The notes under the pieces are model-generated. The model had not been told where the DNA came from. It saw nothing but the letters and a program-made list of their open reading frames with translations, and did not search any database. From the NCBI GenBank assembly GCA_000934665.2, contig JYFJ02001307.1, positions 1-64,000 of the forward strand: a stretch of DNA of 64,000 nucleotides. Reading direction: 5' to 3'. This document shows positions 1-13,902 of the stretch, one piece after another. Each line of letters starts with the position of its first letter. Position 1 is the first letter of the stretch. The translations under genes and the position numbers were made by a program. This DNA is from Catajapyx aquilonaris. Its lineage: Eukaryota.

Positions 1-1256
1 CATGCTCCAATAAATGTCTGGTCAAAGTAATTTCTTGCCTCCTCTCCATCTGATTCATTCTTGAATCCAACAAATCCAAAGTGACGAAATACTCCTGCAG
101 AGGTGTACTTTAGCTGGACATCTGTCACTTCACCTTTAATGCCAAAATGGCTCCGCAATCGATCTGCAGTCACCTGTAAAGTAATTTTGAAAGGTCCTTA
201 TTGTTGCTACCAGAGTCCTACACCTAAAGACATGGACAAAAACGTCTATCGACACATACATGATCACCTATGTAAGTGATTAATGTGGAAGAGGATGGAA
301 TGCAAAGTGTTGGCGGTATTCTAAAGTCTGGTGTTCATAACATTTCATAACTCAGCACAACACAGCTTAACCCATTCTAGCTACAGTAGGTGAATCCCAC
401 AGTCAGCTCAGATTTGCACAATGGAAATGCTGCAAATTAATGTCTAACTACACTGGATCCACAGGAGGCATGAAAATAATTATAAATTATGCATGTCTGC
501 ATTTGCCAATTAGGATGTTCATCATGCAGTCCCCATTGGACTGCAAATTGGAGTGTAGGCTGCATTTAAAAGTTGTGGACAGAACATTCTTGTCCTAAAT
601 TCTGTTGCCAAATCAGATGACTAGCAGCCAACGATGTCAGCCACATTACTCAAAAAATGCAGTCAACATGGTAAGTCCACATCAGCCAGATTGTCCACAG
701 TGTCAAGAAGTCCTTGTGTACAATGCGTATACTTTAATGGCACAAACTGCTACTTGAGCATGGGATGCTGCATGAGCTATAGTGAAGAGGTGAGTTTTCC
801 TCAAGGCGAATCTATTCTTGATTGTGTGGGAGGAAGCAGGGTGCATGAAATCAAATTTCTGCCAGGAAATAGAATGCAAGGTGGGAAGCTGGTGTATATG
901 CAAGTTCCAGATCTGCACCCCCAGTATGTTGGTCTAAGAGCAATGCATTAGCATTAGATGACACACGAGGCTTGTAACCCTCGTGTCCCATCATCATGAT
1001 TACAACAAACAACGGGAAGTGAGCCCAATCACTGAGCACCCAATGACTAACCCCCTGTGAGGTGTTGTTTCTTGCGGCACATGCATCACCCGCATCACGT
1101 GCGTTTTCCGTCCCTCATTGCCCACTTCAGAGGTCCGTGACTGGGTGCGTGTGAGGAAGTCTGACCGACTTCACCCGACCCTGCCCCATTCACTCCCCGT
1201 CAGGACAGCGACTAACTCACATTGTTTGGCAGGTTCTTCACTATAAGCCTGGACAT
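1..1256 (-). CDS. RBM19: RNA-binding protein 19 (Mrd1 homolog), first two coding exons; gene continues beyond the left edge
   Basis: Exon 1256-1221 encodes MSRLIVKNLPNN followed by donor gtgagt. Acceptor tttacag then exon 173-<1 encodes VTADRLRSHFGIKGEVTDVQLKYTSAGVFRHFGFVGFKNESDGEEARNYFDQTFIGA, an RRM with RNP1-like RHFGFVGF. Matches the characteristic RBM19/Mrd1 N-terminus. Confidence 0.93.
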
Positions 1257-1668
1257 CCTGGAGTCCTCCCTCGGGTGACGGAGCAGCTCAAAACCCCACT
1301 CAAAAGGTCGGGGAAAGGTGCTCAGACCACGTTTTCAGAGGACCAGACGCCATCTTCACTCCAGACAGTGTTGCCACATCGCTCTCGCCAAATAGTATGT
1401 AGTAGCTTGTTCAATAGCAGCTTACTAAATAACATGCTTATTTTCGGTCTTTTACTTTACTACGCCTATTTTATCAGTACGTAGATCAGTTTTATTAGGA
1501 AAACTACTTTTCATGTCAAATAATTAAATATTGTACTTATTTATTCGCGCATTTAGTAACGAATGTAGCTAGTTGCGATAACGTATATTTGAAGCAGCTG
1601 CGTTGCGTCAGCCCCGCAGAGTTGCCAAAGTGCCATTGTCACGAGAAGAATTTCTTTTTAAATCCAAG
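1257..1668. promoter_or_regulatory. Putative bidirectional promoter and 5' UTRs of RBM19 and SNAP29
   Basis: Divergent start codons at 1256 (-) and 1669 (+) are separated by only 412 bp. Confidence 0.7.
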
Positions 1669-4266
1669 ATGGCGTCAGGTTGGAACAGGTCTCCTCAGCT
1701 GGAGGCTAAGTCCGCTGCTGGAAAGATCAAGAACCCTTTCTACGAGGAGGAGGATGAGGAGGTGGACGATGCGGCCTTCCTCAGCCACCCCAAGACGGGA
1801 AGCGCCGGGTATATGCTGCCAGGGTATCTGCCCACCCACTCCCACCAGTCTCCTGCAGCCTCCAACTACCGCCCCCCTCAGCCGCAGCAGCAGGACCCAA
1901 TGCAGCAGCTGCTCCATAAGAAGAGGCAGATCGAGGAGAGGACCCTGCAGTCCAGCTCACGGTCCCTTGGCCTGCTGCATGAGTCGGAGCAGATTGGCAT
2001 TGCCACTGCCGAAGTATGACACTTGGAAATAATATTGTGCTTGCATTTCATTGCCACTCTCAACCTCTTGCATGATGACCTGCTGGATACGTGCATGTTT
2101 CTCAGTAATTGCTCTGCTCTTCAGGAGCTGCACAAGCAACGGGAGCAGCTGGAGAACACAGAACGCAGGCTGGATGACATCAACAATTCGCTCAGGACCA
2201 GCGAGCGCCACATACAAAACATAAAGGTATTATTTGTGGCATAGACATTTCAGAAAATTAGGACCACTTGTCCCTTGGTGACACAATGTGTAGGCAAGTC
2301 CTTGCTCACTCCATATATTTTGATCACAGCATGCTTGGGCCCATCAAGTAATATGCGTCCATGACTTGCCTCATTTTTTTAAAAACCCAGACAGGTTGTG
2401 TACTCAGTCATAGGCGGGTGGCATGGTAGTCTGTGCTACTGGCTAGCCAAGCGGGAGGTCTGGGGTTCAAATCCCATCACCTCTGCTTGGTCAGGTCATT
2501 TTCCGCTTTTCACCCGACATGTCCAGGCAGATTTGCACTCCCTTCTCTGCCCAGGGCCAAGAGAAAAAGTTTGGTGTTTAGGAGGGTCTGCAATGACTAG
2601 AAACTGCATGAGAGAGCCCTCCCTTGGGAACCTCCCCTCCCCCACATGCCCATGGACCAGGGCGTTGCGATGAAACAGTATGTAAAATTGCAAAATAAAT
2701 AAAGGTCCATGTAGGGCTAATACCTCGAAAGAGGTCCGCACTACCCATTATTATTATTATTACTTGGTCATAGGCAATGGCTGTTAAAGATAAAGTTTCT
2801 TCCTAATTGCTTGAAACAAAGTATGTGTTCCTAGTACACTCTTGGTACGCTGACTCACTGCAAGTGCCCTGATCAGTCGTACTGACCAGTATGGATGTGG
2901 GTGGTGTTTCTTTCCCACCTCCTGGAATGCAACACATTGTTTAGGCACATGTTGAAAGTGTCATTGAAACATGTCAAGTTCTAAATCTACATTTTCACCA
3001 GGATGCCATGATATACAGCTCATGTTTGTAGCATTGTTCACCAATCAGAATTTCCTTGGGTGGCTAGGAGAGAAACTTGTGGAATTTTTATTGGGGAGTG
3101 TCACTTTGCACATGTTGGCCATGTTTTGAGATTCTTACTTGACATTAACAGTTCAGTGTTTTTGCAAGTCAATAGACCAATTTGCAAACATTAATCAGTA
3201 TTGTGTAAGTAATCCAGATAATATCTAAACATTAATATTATTATGGCTAATTAAGTTTGGCTGAACTCAATTATATTTGGTATATTCTCCTAGTCTTTCT
3301 GAAATCTTCCAGACTGCACTGAACAAATTAGGGTGATGTTGCTGTATTAACAAATGTCGTGATGCCAAATTCTTCCTTTCACAGAGTGTGTTCAGCAGCA
3401 TCCGTAACTACTTTGGTGGTAAAAACCAATCTGGCACGGGTAATTCTGCTTCATCTGCCACCGCAACATCAAGGCTGCCAGAAGAGGAGGACTGGTCGGG
3501 TTCAGGTGGTGGCATCTCCTCCGCTACTGCTGGACCCCCTCCGTCGGATCCCAACAGGCACCCTGCTATGCGTATACGGGGATTAGACGGTCTGGACGAT
3601 GCAGATCATAATGATTTCTCTCGGCAGGTTGACTTGCAGTTGGAACAGAATCTCGGTAGGTGAAATCCGGCTCATTATGATTTGTAATTAAACGAGATCA
3701 GACGGCATTGCCTTCCCAATAATTCTGTCCTAAAAGGAGAAGCTTGTGCACACAGGAAAACTTACCCAAGCCTTTAGATGCCTCTTTTGTGATCCATCAT
3801 CTCATGACTTCATGCCTTTCACAACTTCACCAGAATGTACTTACTTTCCCTCTGGGTGATAAATGAGTCGCTTTGGGGTAGAGATAGCCTCAGGCAGAAT
3901 CAGTGGGAGGACAGCTTTTTTGCCATTAAATATTTCAATCTTGAATTTCACTTAAATTTTGCTACAAATTATACTTTGAAACCACTGAAATTAATTCCAG
4001 GAAGAATCTTTGTTAAAAATGTCAGCATTAAGTATTACCCATTTGGGTAGCATTTCTGCCTCAGCATGGTTATGAAAACAATGACATTTTGCATTTCAGA
4101 TGACATGTCCGGTGCCATATCACGGCTGAAGGGATTGGGAATGGGTCTGGGCCAGGAGATTGACGAGCACAATGAAATGCTGGAACGCCTCAACATCAAG
4201 TCGGATAATGCAGACATTAGGATTAACAGGCAGACTCGCGATATGAATCAGATCCTCAAGAAGTAG
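1669..4266 (+). CDS. SNAP29: Synaptosomal-associated protein 29 (Qbc-SNARE), ~294 aa
   Basis: Exons 1669-2013, 2125-2226, 3385-3655, 4100-4266 with GT-AG introns and consistent phase. N-terminal NPF motif (KNPFYEEED); SNARE motif 1 (ESEQIGIATAEELHKQREQL..HIQNIKSVFSSIRNYF); SNARE motif 2 (LEQNLDDMSGAISRLKGLGMGLGQEIDEHNEML..NQILKK). AATAAA at 4416-4421. Confidence 0.95.
2412..2762 (+). mobile_element. tRNA-derived SINE (copy A) in SNAP29 intron 2
   Basis: tRNA-like head with B-box GGTTCAAATCC (2464-2474). Head and body align by eye to the minus-strand copy at 60640-60985. Ends in stem-loop ACCTC-GAAA-GAGGT (2722-2735) and an (ATT)n tail. Confidence 0.75.
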
Positions 4267-4871
4267 TAGGTACTTTCACTTCAATTTGTATCAAAGATGT
4301 TTAGTCCATTATTGTTGGGGAGATACGCAATAATCATTCCCTGGTACAGGTCCCTGGAAACTTTTGCATGTTTTTTCCTATACACATTGTGATATTATAT
4401 TTGTAATATATGATAAATAAACAGGATCAACTAAGGTTGGAAATTCATATCAGCGAGCTAGTGTTGTTTTTATTTGTATCATCATTGTTGGGGGGGTGAC
4501 ATCAGGAACGATGGGGAAATGGAAAATATAAGAGGCCCATATTATTCTTTCCCGATCAAATAAATAAGAAAAATTAACCTACACATTGATGGTGACTATA
4601 ATTTGGAGTACGACACAGCGAAAAAGGCGACTATTATTGCAGCTATTATGCAAAGATGCGAAGATATCTAAGCCCTGAAGAGAGATTGGGAGTCGAGAAA
4701 GTGTAGAAAAGTGAGCAATGGTATTAGTAGAAGACAGTTTTAGAAAGTGGGGTAAAAGGAAAGGCACATGACTAAACAAAATGATAGGAAAATAGAGTCT
4801 ATCCATATGTGTATAGCTAACTTGTCTATCTATTGATGTTGGGGAGGTCTGGAAAAGGGGGTTAAGTTAGT

Positions 4872-7800
4872 TCACACATTGGCAAGTTGGTGCCACTGTT
4901 GGTGCTTCTGGTCTATGAGATGGATGACATTGTTCCAGTGCTGTAGACGCTGGCCTTTGGAACCGACACCCAGCTGAAGTCCCCCTGTGAGAATGAAGTC
5001 AGAACGTTACACATGTGACACCTGGAGAAATGTAGCAGCAAGCCAACGTCGACTGGAAAACACACCAATGTAGTCGTTGCTCTTGCCCAAGTCCTTGTCC
5101 CAGACAGCAATGTCCAGCGTCTGGTTTGAGAGGTCAGCGAGGGCGGTGTCGAAAAAGAAATCTTCGTGGAACTCCGGGTTCAGGTTTTTCCACTTGACTG
5201 ACGTCTTGAACCGCCTCTGGTGTGGGTCGGGTTTCAGCTGTCTGTTTGTTTGAGGGTTCAGAGGAGCAACAGTGAGAGGGTGGTGCAAGTGAGGGTCGTC
5301 AAAGACACACAGGATCAGTTATAATCTCTGCCCACATAGTCACCAACGCCACACATACGCTTTTTATCAGATGGACGTTACCAGCTTTGATATTGAAATA
5401 AAACTGGTGGGGAGTGTGGAAAACAAGAGAAGGGTCATTCTTTTCATTCCATTTTAATCTGGAAAAAAAACGACGAAGAGAAAGAGAGTTGGCATTCCCA
5501 AGCAACCTCTTGTCAGTTTTAGACCATTTGCGATGTCGTCATGCATGATGATATGGAAGGTGGAGACTGGAGAGCAAAGAAGCAAAGAAGCAAACATCGC
5601 ATCAACCAAGCCAAGGGCCAGAAAAAGGTGGCAAGAAAGCAAAGAGTTGAAGGGAGCGACAATGATGTGGTTTTCTAAAAAAGGACTTACACTTTGACAT
5701 ATGGGTCAGAGAATCCGTTGAGGTCCATTGCAGGCAGCCCAGAACACTTCTCAATCCCAACAATGAGGGCTGATCGGCGAGTACAGTAGGTCAGGGACAG
5801 GAGAATTTTTCCCCTGCTGGTTGTCCCTGGGTCTGCCCCTTGGCCGCCCTTGGTGAGGCGACCCTTAATAGAACCCCTCCTACTGCTTCCTCCCACCTCT
5901 GATGGTGATGGATCCACGGGCAGCTGATGGAGCCACACAATGGAACCCAACAATAAAGCCTGACACCAAAAGCCAAACCACAACAGATGGGGGCAGCCAC
6001 CAAAGCCAAAGTAAATGGCAAATAGAGCAGGACAACATTGTTGGTAGTAGCAGGGGAGCAGCGCATATAACAAAATTGGCCTGCCAACTCCCCAAATACT
6101 CCGAACCTGTCCCAAATGTCTTCGCAATGTTTCCATGTACTGTACCTATAAACCTATGTTATCATTACAGACAAAGCTACTCACTGATTGCTGTCGCTCC
6201 AAGTAGACACTGAAGAACTTGGTCAACTGCATCTTGAGCCGGCTGAGTGGAATCCTTGTCTCTCCAAGGAAGTCCTGCCCGTACTTGTCGTCATCTACAA
6301 ATGAAATAGCATAGTAATGCATGGCTTGTAATTCTCTTTAAAAATCACTGACCCAGCACGACAATTTGGAGGACTCTTGTAGCGAGGTCAGATTCTGTCA
6401 GTCCGGAAAATGCGAGTGTCTCGTTGAACTCAGGGTTGACCGTCTTATGCATTGTCTTAGTCTTCAAGCTCATCACCTGCCAGTTACAATATTATGAACA
6501 TAATGTCTCAACAGTTCACATTATTTCCAGTGACTGACCCAGTAGTGTGATTAACATATAAATTACACTAACAGAAATTACCTTGCTATTTACTCCATCA
6601 GTAGGAAGAAGCGTCAACTTGCAAAATGGATCACTCAACCCATTGTTATCCATAGCTCTAAGACCCTGTTGCAGAAATAAAATAGTGTAACAGTTATAAG
6701 CACTATGCCATTGTTGGGCTTACCTTTGCCCTGTGCAGAGTGCAGTGCAAAGTCTGTGTGGTAGTATTGTACAAGAGTGAAAATTCCAGCAAGCCCCATC
6801 CATCTTCCGGGGATACCCGACCACTTCCCCCATTGTGGTTGGCCATTGCGCCTTCGTGGTGGTTGTGGTAGGTGCCTGACGAAGGGGTCGGGGAAGGTGC
6901 CATGGGAGACAGCGAAGGGGCCAAGGGCGAGGAAGATGAAGGGGCGGGCGAGGGGCCGAGGGAGGCCGGCGAAGGGGAGCGCAGGCCCCGAGGAGACACG
7001 CAGTACCACCCGTCAGTCTCAGAGGAACCGGTACGCCTCAGTTGAGCCGGATCGAATGATGACCCTCGAGAGAACGATGGCCGCCGGGACATCCCAGGGT
7101 CACTCCCCTCAGAGAAACTCCATTCTCGAGAGTATCCTACGGTGTAAAGAAGTTGAACTCCATCAACTGTTTCCATTTTGATGTTGAGGTGGGTCAAACT
7201 TACGTCTCCCAACGGTCAGGTAGCGGTCAGATTCGTCATGCTGTGGCCATGTGGCGTTGGCTCCTCCAGATTCCTCCGAGTAGTCAAGTCGACTACTGCT
7301 TGCTGCTTTCACACTAAATGGATTAAACAAACATAATAATTAGGCTGTTCACATGTTAAACACACAGAAATGGCCCCAACGAAGGTCACTCTTCATCCTG
7401 AAAGTCACCTAACCAGAACAACTTGCACCACATATTGCAGCCCTAGGCAGGGGTAGAAAGTTCTGGCATGGAGGATCGTTACATAAGTACAGACCCCCTC
7501 TCTTTGAAGTAAACAACATGCCCTTTTGCGTCTACACAACTGAATCGAAATGTTCCATCCTCTGCCAGCCTGTCACACCACCCCACGATGCATGACCAAA
7601 ATCCCTTTTCAGTTCCACGAGTCGGGTAGAAAATTTGGGCAAACATGGTTTAACACGGTTAAAGTGATGAAAGCGGGTCAATCATCCGTGAGATCTGGTT
7701 ACGCCATGGTAACTGATCTAATTGGATGGGATGTAGATTAACCCTCAGGCTGGAAAATGATGAATCTCACCTGAATTGCCTCATCTCTCCTTCGTCCTGC

Positions 7801-10800
7801 GAGGAGTCATCCTTCTTGCTCCGTATCTTTATCCTCCTGGTCAGCTCATCCTCCGAGCTGTCCTCCTCATCGTCATGGTCAGTGCTCCCTTTCGACGACT
7901 TTCCACTACTGCTACCACCTGAAATCACCTGGTGTTAACGCATTCTGCCTATTCAATACAGATGTTCAATCGACATTCTGAGTGTCTAAGCAGGGTACAA
8001 TCTGCCTGCATTACCCGCTTGGGAACCCCTACTCAAAACCGGTTACAAAATTGGATGGAAAATGGCCGCATCGGGACCAGTCCAGGCCTGATTAGCCTGG
8101 AGGCACGAACTAATCCGAAGCTGAACATGCAGATATATCCAAACCTTGCTTTTGGGCCCATTGGGTGAAACTGCGTTGGAGTCCTGGTCGTGGTGACCTG
8201 GTTCCAGGGATGTACCTGGATGCATATTTGCTCTGGACCGGAGCCTTCTTCTCAGGAAGAACATATTTTGGCAGACCCTATAGAAAATGGTGAATCAAGA
8301 GCTTCTTTTCATTCCGGTACATTCAGTCGTTCTCCGCATTGGATTTCGATATTCAAGCACATACACATGTAAAAGGCTAACGTTTACACAAAGAGATGGA
8401 TGCTCACCTTGAAAAACCAAGCTCCAGATTTTTTCCACATTTCCCTAGTTTCGGCGCAGATTTTGCAAAGAGAAATGGTCTCCTTCTGGGACGAACCCGT
8501 CTCTATCACGCATTTTTGGCACACAGCCTTGAACCAGGGAATACAAAATTTAATGCAAACTTATGCAGTGTTATGAGAGACAACATTGTCGTACCCTTTT
8601 GCAGTCATGGCATAGGAGAGGGGTGCCGGATAACACCCGGAAGGTGTCCCCGCACAAAATACACTGGTTGTTGCCATTTCCCAGGACATGCTTCTTCATA
8701 TTTTCTAGACGATCCACCAGGCGGCTGCAAACGATGCACAATATAATTTGGTGGCACACTGTAATCATGTTCAAAGAAGATTGGGATGCATCGATATGGA
8801 AAAGTGAGATTCATATATATAGGAACCGCCTTCGAGGCTGAATCTTTCCAATCCATTTTTTAGGCGCATATTCCTTCTGACTTCATTAGGATTTGTATGG
8901 CGTCTTGATGGGATTGCCTGAGACTCACCCGATCCTTTCCTGCTCTGTGACTTCCAGCATTTCTGCCCTCTTGATCACGCCTAAGATGGCCTCTTGCTCC
9001 GTCTCGTTCAAAGGAGCTGGTTGCTTGAAGCTGTTCAGTCGATGAGTTTTCACCGACCAACCAGACTGAAGTCTGTAATGAAGGATCATGAGAGTGCAGG
9101 TCATATAGGTCGCGTGATTAAAGCCATGAGCTAGCTTATTTGGGTATAAGAGACTGCAGCCAATCGCATCACGTTAAGAACACCCGCACAATTTGCTGAA
9201 TTAACAGCCCCATTTGTGAGCACTGTTGGGTCAACAAAAATACGACCATAGCTTCCGGGTCTCTAAATTTTCCAATGCGATTCCCCTAAAACCGCAACCC
9301 AGTGTTCGGCGCAAAAACCGGGCTCGAAAAACCCAACGGTTAGATATTATCATGCGGTGTTGAGCCTAATGTTCTCTCCTGGTATGTATGAAGACAAAAG
9401 GATGCAGGGTGCCATTTGAGGCCAAATGGGGTTGGACCTAGATGGGAGCCAAACGAGTACCTTCATGCATATTATGAAAATCTCATTTCCGCTACTCCCG
9501 ATTTATTTTTTAAACAAGGTTCCATTCACTAATGCATTACAGTTCCCGCTAAAACCACCGCCATTGTTTTTTTCCCCCCGAGCCCGTGCATCATTAATTG
9601 TTCAATGCATGCATTTAATTGCTATTCAAATTATCTTCCGCCAAAGGTAATCCGTTACAGTTAAAACTGAACTTGCCACGAAATAATCCAGTTACCTCCT
9701 AAGCACCCTCCAAAATTCCTGCAATAGTTACTCCTACTCCTAATTCACTCATACTTCCGCTCCGCTACTTTCCAACAATGTTAAGTGATGATTAGCCCCA
9801 ACCCCTAGGCTATATCCACGCAAAAAATTACGCCTTCCCCTCTTAAAAACACTACATTAAATAATGATCGAGTTATGCCCTCCTGCTTCATATTTAATGT
9901 GTGCCCTAGTTATTCCCTTCTGTAGTGGTTTACAGCCAGTGGGAAGTGAATAAGTAATCATTGAGCGAGAGGCAAGTTTCCTCTAGTCAACACTGTTTGA
10001 CTCTATATGACGCCAAAAAAGGCGTAGAGTGTCTCATTAGCATTAGACTCGTTTCAGCCGGGTCAGCTAACATTGTGCACCTCCAAACCAAAATACACAC
10101 TTTTGAAATCAGAGGAGTGGTGTATACAAAAGGGGGTCAACCCATCATCATCTCGGAGGATGGAAATGCAGTCAGGAGGGTTAATAACGTCTGCAATAAA
10201 GGGAAAGCGCGGCAAATAATTCAAAGGCATTGCATTGCTCCTGCAGTGTCAGTGAAGCTTGAAAATAATAAAATTTTGATTGGAGTGCTGGGGTTCCCAG
10301 GACATGAAGTATTCATGCTGAATGTACTCGGGCGCCTCGTCAAGTCGTAATCAAAGCATCCTTTGCCTCTCGCTACATACACATGTATTTACCTATAGTT
10401 TCTCAACTGGCAGCAAATGAAACCTAACACTTCACTACCAGCTTTATTGGATTCTTATCCGGTCTCTCGTTTGATACTGGCATATATTTCACTGCAGCGG
10501 GAGGTTATATCGATTCAGTGTTACTCGATTTCTTTTTTAGAGCAAGTACGTTCAGGCTTTAAAAACACGACAATGTCACTTTATCAGTGGGTTATTACGG
10601 CAGTTTATGCGAGGCCAGGGTGGTATTGCTCATTTCGAAATAATTGTCTCCTCGTGTCCAATCGTGGGTGCGAAACAATCCCGGACACTTGTGCAGTTCC
10701 CATGATCCCGAACTAGGTGTGCACAGCAGCACTTTGCGGCCACGCGATTGACAAGGGCTGTAAATTGGACATCATAAATATGCGGTCCATTTGCATGTAT

Positions 10801-12762
10801 CGTTCCACAACGATTGCACAACCGACAGGCACAAATGGCATCTAACACGTAGAAATTACTCCCATAATTCAACCATACGGTATGAACCAATATCGCCTCA
10901 CTATCGGCCAAGACAGCGTCCGCAACATTTCGGCACAAAATTTTCCGCTAAGCTTCAGAAGCCCTTCAAACGCCTAAAAGAACACACCCTATTGTCTCGA
11001 GGCTGATGTTCAATTTAGAACTGAATGGCACAGCCGGGCGTAGCATTGTAAACGGGACCCCCCCTTATTGACACACCTCCCGAGAATTTCAAGTCTCGAA
11101 AATCCGCTTTGTCATCGGGCATAGTTTCCCAGAGAAGATGACGAAACCAAATGCTCCAGTGGGGAGGAGATGGGCCAACTAACTCTTCAGTCCTCCATTC
11201 TATTCAATAGGGACGGGGTAATCTCCTTCCTTCCTGCAGCTGCAATTTCTCTGTTCGGCAAACAAAAAGGTAGGCCTATAATATTCTAGTACTCCCAGAT
11301 CTGTATTGATAGCCAGGGATGGAATTGATGGCATCAAAGGAGAGCCATTAGCGGCATCATTGCATTCAGAGGACTTTCATCCCAGCTTTGAAAGAGATTC
11401 AAAGCATTATCACATCAGTTCGTTTGCTGTTTTTGGGGAGGTTGAAAAAATCAAGCTTAGCGATGTGCACAGGTTAAGACACTTTTCATCTTAGCCATTT
11501 AAAAAAAACTATTAGCCTGTCACCAAAAGTGAAAAATCCATATAAATCCTACCTGCAAATTTCAGCATTTATAGGCTATAAGCATCGCACCAACCATGAT
11601 TAACTTTTAGCTTTTACCCCCCACACTGCACGCGCTTTGCAAACACCCGCAGTTTGATCTGCCTAATAAGTTAATTAGACCGCCACGTTTTGCCTGGACC
11701 TCCCTTGGCCAAACCAAATCAGAGTCTAGCAATATATCCTCCCCATACGTCCACCTGACAAACGTGCTACACATAAACAACTCACATGGCTAAGATTTAC
11801 TACATATAGTCCTCCCAACGGATTAAGTTTGAGCACACTGTATGCATGAAGAATAGCGATATCCGATAGTGCTCTAACGGATCCATCTTCGGTTCTCCGA
11901 CTATCGATAGACGTACGAGAGCACGTCGTAGTAGTCCTTTTTTTTCTATCGAACCCGATTGGTCCATGTCAACTAGACCGACACGCGAAGAGCCTCTTGT
12001 AATAAGAGATCATCTTCCCTATACCATTGGTCGATATCTCTCGTTCTATACATTCAACGAGTGAATCAAACACAAAGAGTGGGAAAAGGTGAAATGAAAA
12101 GCAAGTCCCGTGGGATGGCGAACCGAGGACCAATCTCGGGTTCTTTCTGTGCAGAGACGTTTCCATGAATGCCAATAAGCCTGGAATAAAACCAGTTGCA
12201 GCGTGGATTGGAGGGGTTAAAATGTGTTAACCAATTTGTCCTGGGGTTAACCCAATGTGACTGATACCCTTTGGCGATGACCATTAAAAGTACAAGTATA
12301 CAGGCACAATAAAAAGCAATGTAGAAATACTATAGTTAACCAAATTGAGCAGTTCCCTCCAAAAAAGTTCATTGAAAAACCGTTGAAGCTTGCTTCTTGA
12401 AAAAAGTCGATCCCCCCCCCCCCCAAAAAAAAAAAACTTGCCGAGTAGCTAATATAACATCCAGCAACAAAAAAGTTCAGGGATGATAGACGGACGTGAA
12501 GAGGGAAGTACTGTAAACGTGAATTCCAGGTAGAGTTTCGCCCAGAAAAACGAGAAAAGAGATCGAAAGAACCCCCTCTAAAAAGGGGGGGAATTCGCCA
12601 GGAAACAAGGTCTCCTTGATTAGGACCCCTGACTCGTACATTGGGATCGTAACTTTAACTTTAGTCGCACAAATGACACAAGGGTGATACTTACTTAGCC
12701 CTGAGTGCCAGCTGGCGATCGTTGGGGCAAACCCATTCATCCTTACTGTCGCCGAAATCCAT
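4872..12762 (-). CDS. RPH3A: Rabphilin (Rab3/Rab27 effector; Rab-binding Zn-finger domain plus tandem C2A/C2B), ~701 aa
   Basis: 14 in-phase GT-AG exons: 12762-12695, 9072-8929, 8724-8595, 8527-8408, 8277-8145, 7918-7771, 7313-7204, 7136-6724, 6665-6582, 6476-6353, 6294-6185, 5923-5691, 5241-5066, 4984-4872. Motifs: [21 protein letters not shown], 8-Cys finger, [16 protein letters not shown]2A ([24 protein letters not shown]), C2B ([25 protein letters not shown]). An acceptor AG ending at 12767, just before the ATG, implies an upstream non-coding exon. Confidence 0.95.
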
Positions 12763-13124
12763 GTCTCTGAAAAGAAAAGACAGAACCATCAGAAAAGGAG
12801 GACATCCACATTTGTCAGCCCCTTTTGTACTCAGAAATATTCCCACCCCGCTTATAATTACCCCGTTCTCTTAAGAAGTTCATCACAATTCATTTCATTA
12901 TCTCGCAACCACACTCCGTTGCTTTACCCAAATGTGGTTAATTCAGATTTATTGTACAACTCCGCTAATTATAAAGCATAAGCACCTGCTGAACTTCTGT
13001 AGAATGCACTGCACTTTAATGTTTACATACGTTTACTCAGCGTTTGGGAAATGAACTCTGGCCCTGCTATCACACTGTCCAGTCTATCGCTCATTACCGA
13101 TGCGCAATTACAAAGGTTAAAACA

Positions 13125-13153
13125 CCCCCCCCCCCCCCCNCCCCCCCCCCCCC
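13125..13153. repeat. Poly-C tract containing an ambiguous base (N at 13140)
   Basis: About 29-nt C homopolymer with one N; its length is probably unreliable in the assembly. Confidence 0.9.
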
Positions 13154-13844
13154 ATTCACACTAGGTGTGCTAATGTCGAATTTCGCGACTTTGTCATACG
13201 CATGTTTGTGAAGCTAGGACGTGACGATGCGACAGCGTAAAAAATCAAGCCTGGCATTTGTTTTCATTCATTACCGGAACAGGACGTGCCAATTCCATTC
13301 ACGCTTGGCCAATTATTTGCTCGACATCGAAAATACTGGCCCTGAACCCAAAGGCGCCCATCATATTTAAAAATTATTACGTAGCCTACCATTTCAAGAC
13401 ATTTAGGTGTCTAGCAACCCATGGCCGAGTACTGCACGAGCCCATTAATATCAAATCATAATGCACGTGTGCATGTCTCCATCGCTTTTGAAAGCAACGC
13501 GTCTACCTTATTGATCGCAGGTATGCAAACGAGGCGGGCGCAAGGCCTGGCCAGCATCATTAACAGGAGACGATACGGCTTTGACATGCACCCACATCAA
13601 AACCCAGCAAAGCGAGCACAGCACGCCATCGACGATTCGCCTCTTGCACCTGCCTACGCCACATCAGATATAAACCGTAGCCATATTAAAGCCGCCTGGA
13701 AAATATTAGTTCTTTGCCGGATCATTAAGCAAGACTGCACGTGCCAGAGTCGGACTCTGGTGACTGATGACACCCTATATCTTTGCATTAAAGCTAAATG
13801 GCACGTTCCTGCAATCAGCACGGGGAGACCCAGTATGCGCGGGT

Positions 13845-13902
13845 GTTGACGGCCGTTGACGACCGTTGACGACCGTTGACGAACGTTGACGGCCGTTAAC
13901 GG
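13845..13902. repeat. Tandem repeat, 10-bp unit GTTGACG(G/A)CC, ~6 copies
   Basis: gttgacggcc gttgacgacc gttgacgacc gttgacgaac gttgacggcc gttaacgg. Confidence 0.9.

Noticed and set aside
174..1220. Intronic C/D snoRNA in RBM19 intron 1
   Set aside because: A minus-strand box-C-like ATGATGA exists at 997-991, but no suitably spaced box D or terminal stem was seen.
5924..6136. Hydrophobic in-frame extension upstream of a rabphilin exon, suggesting a membrane anchor
   Set aside because: It lies inside a clean GT-AG intron (6184-5924), and full retention meets an in-frame TAG.
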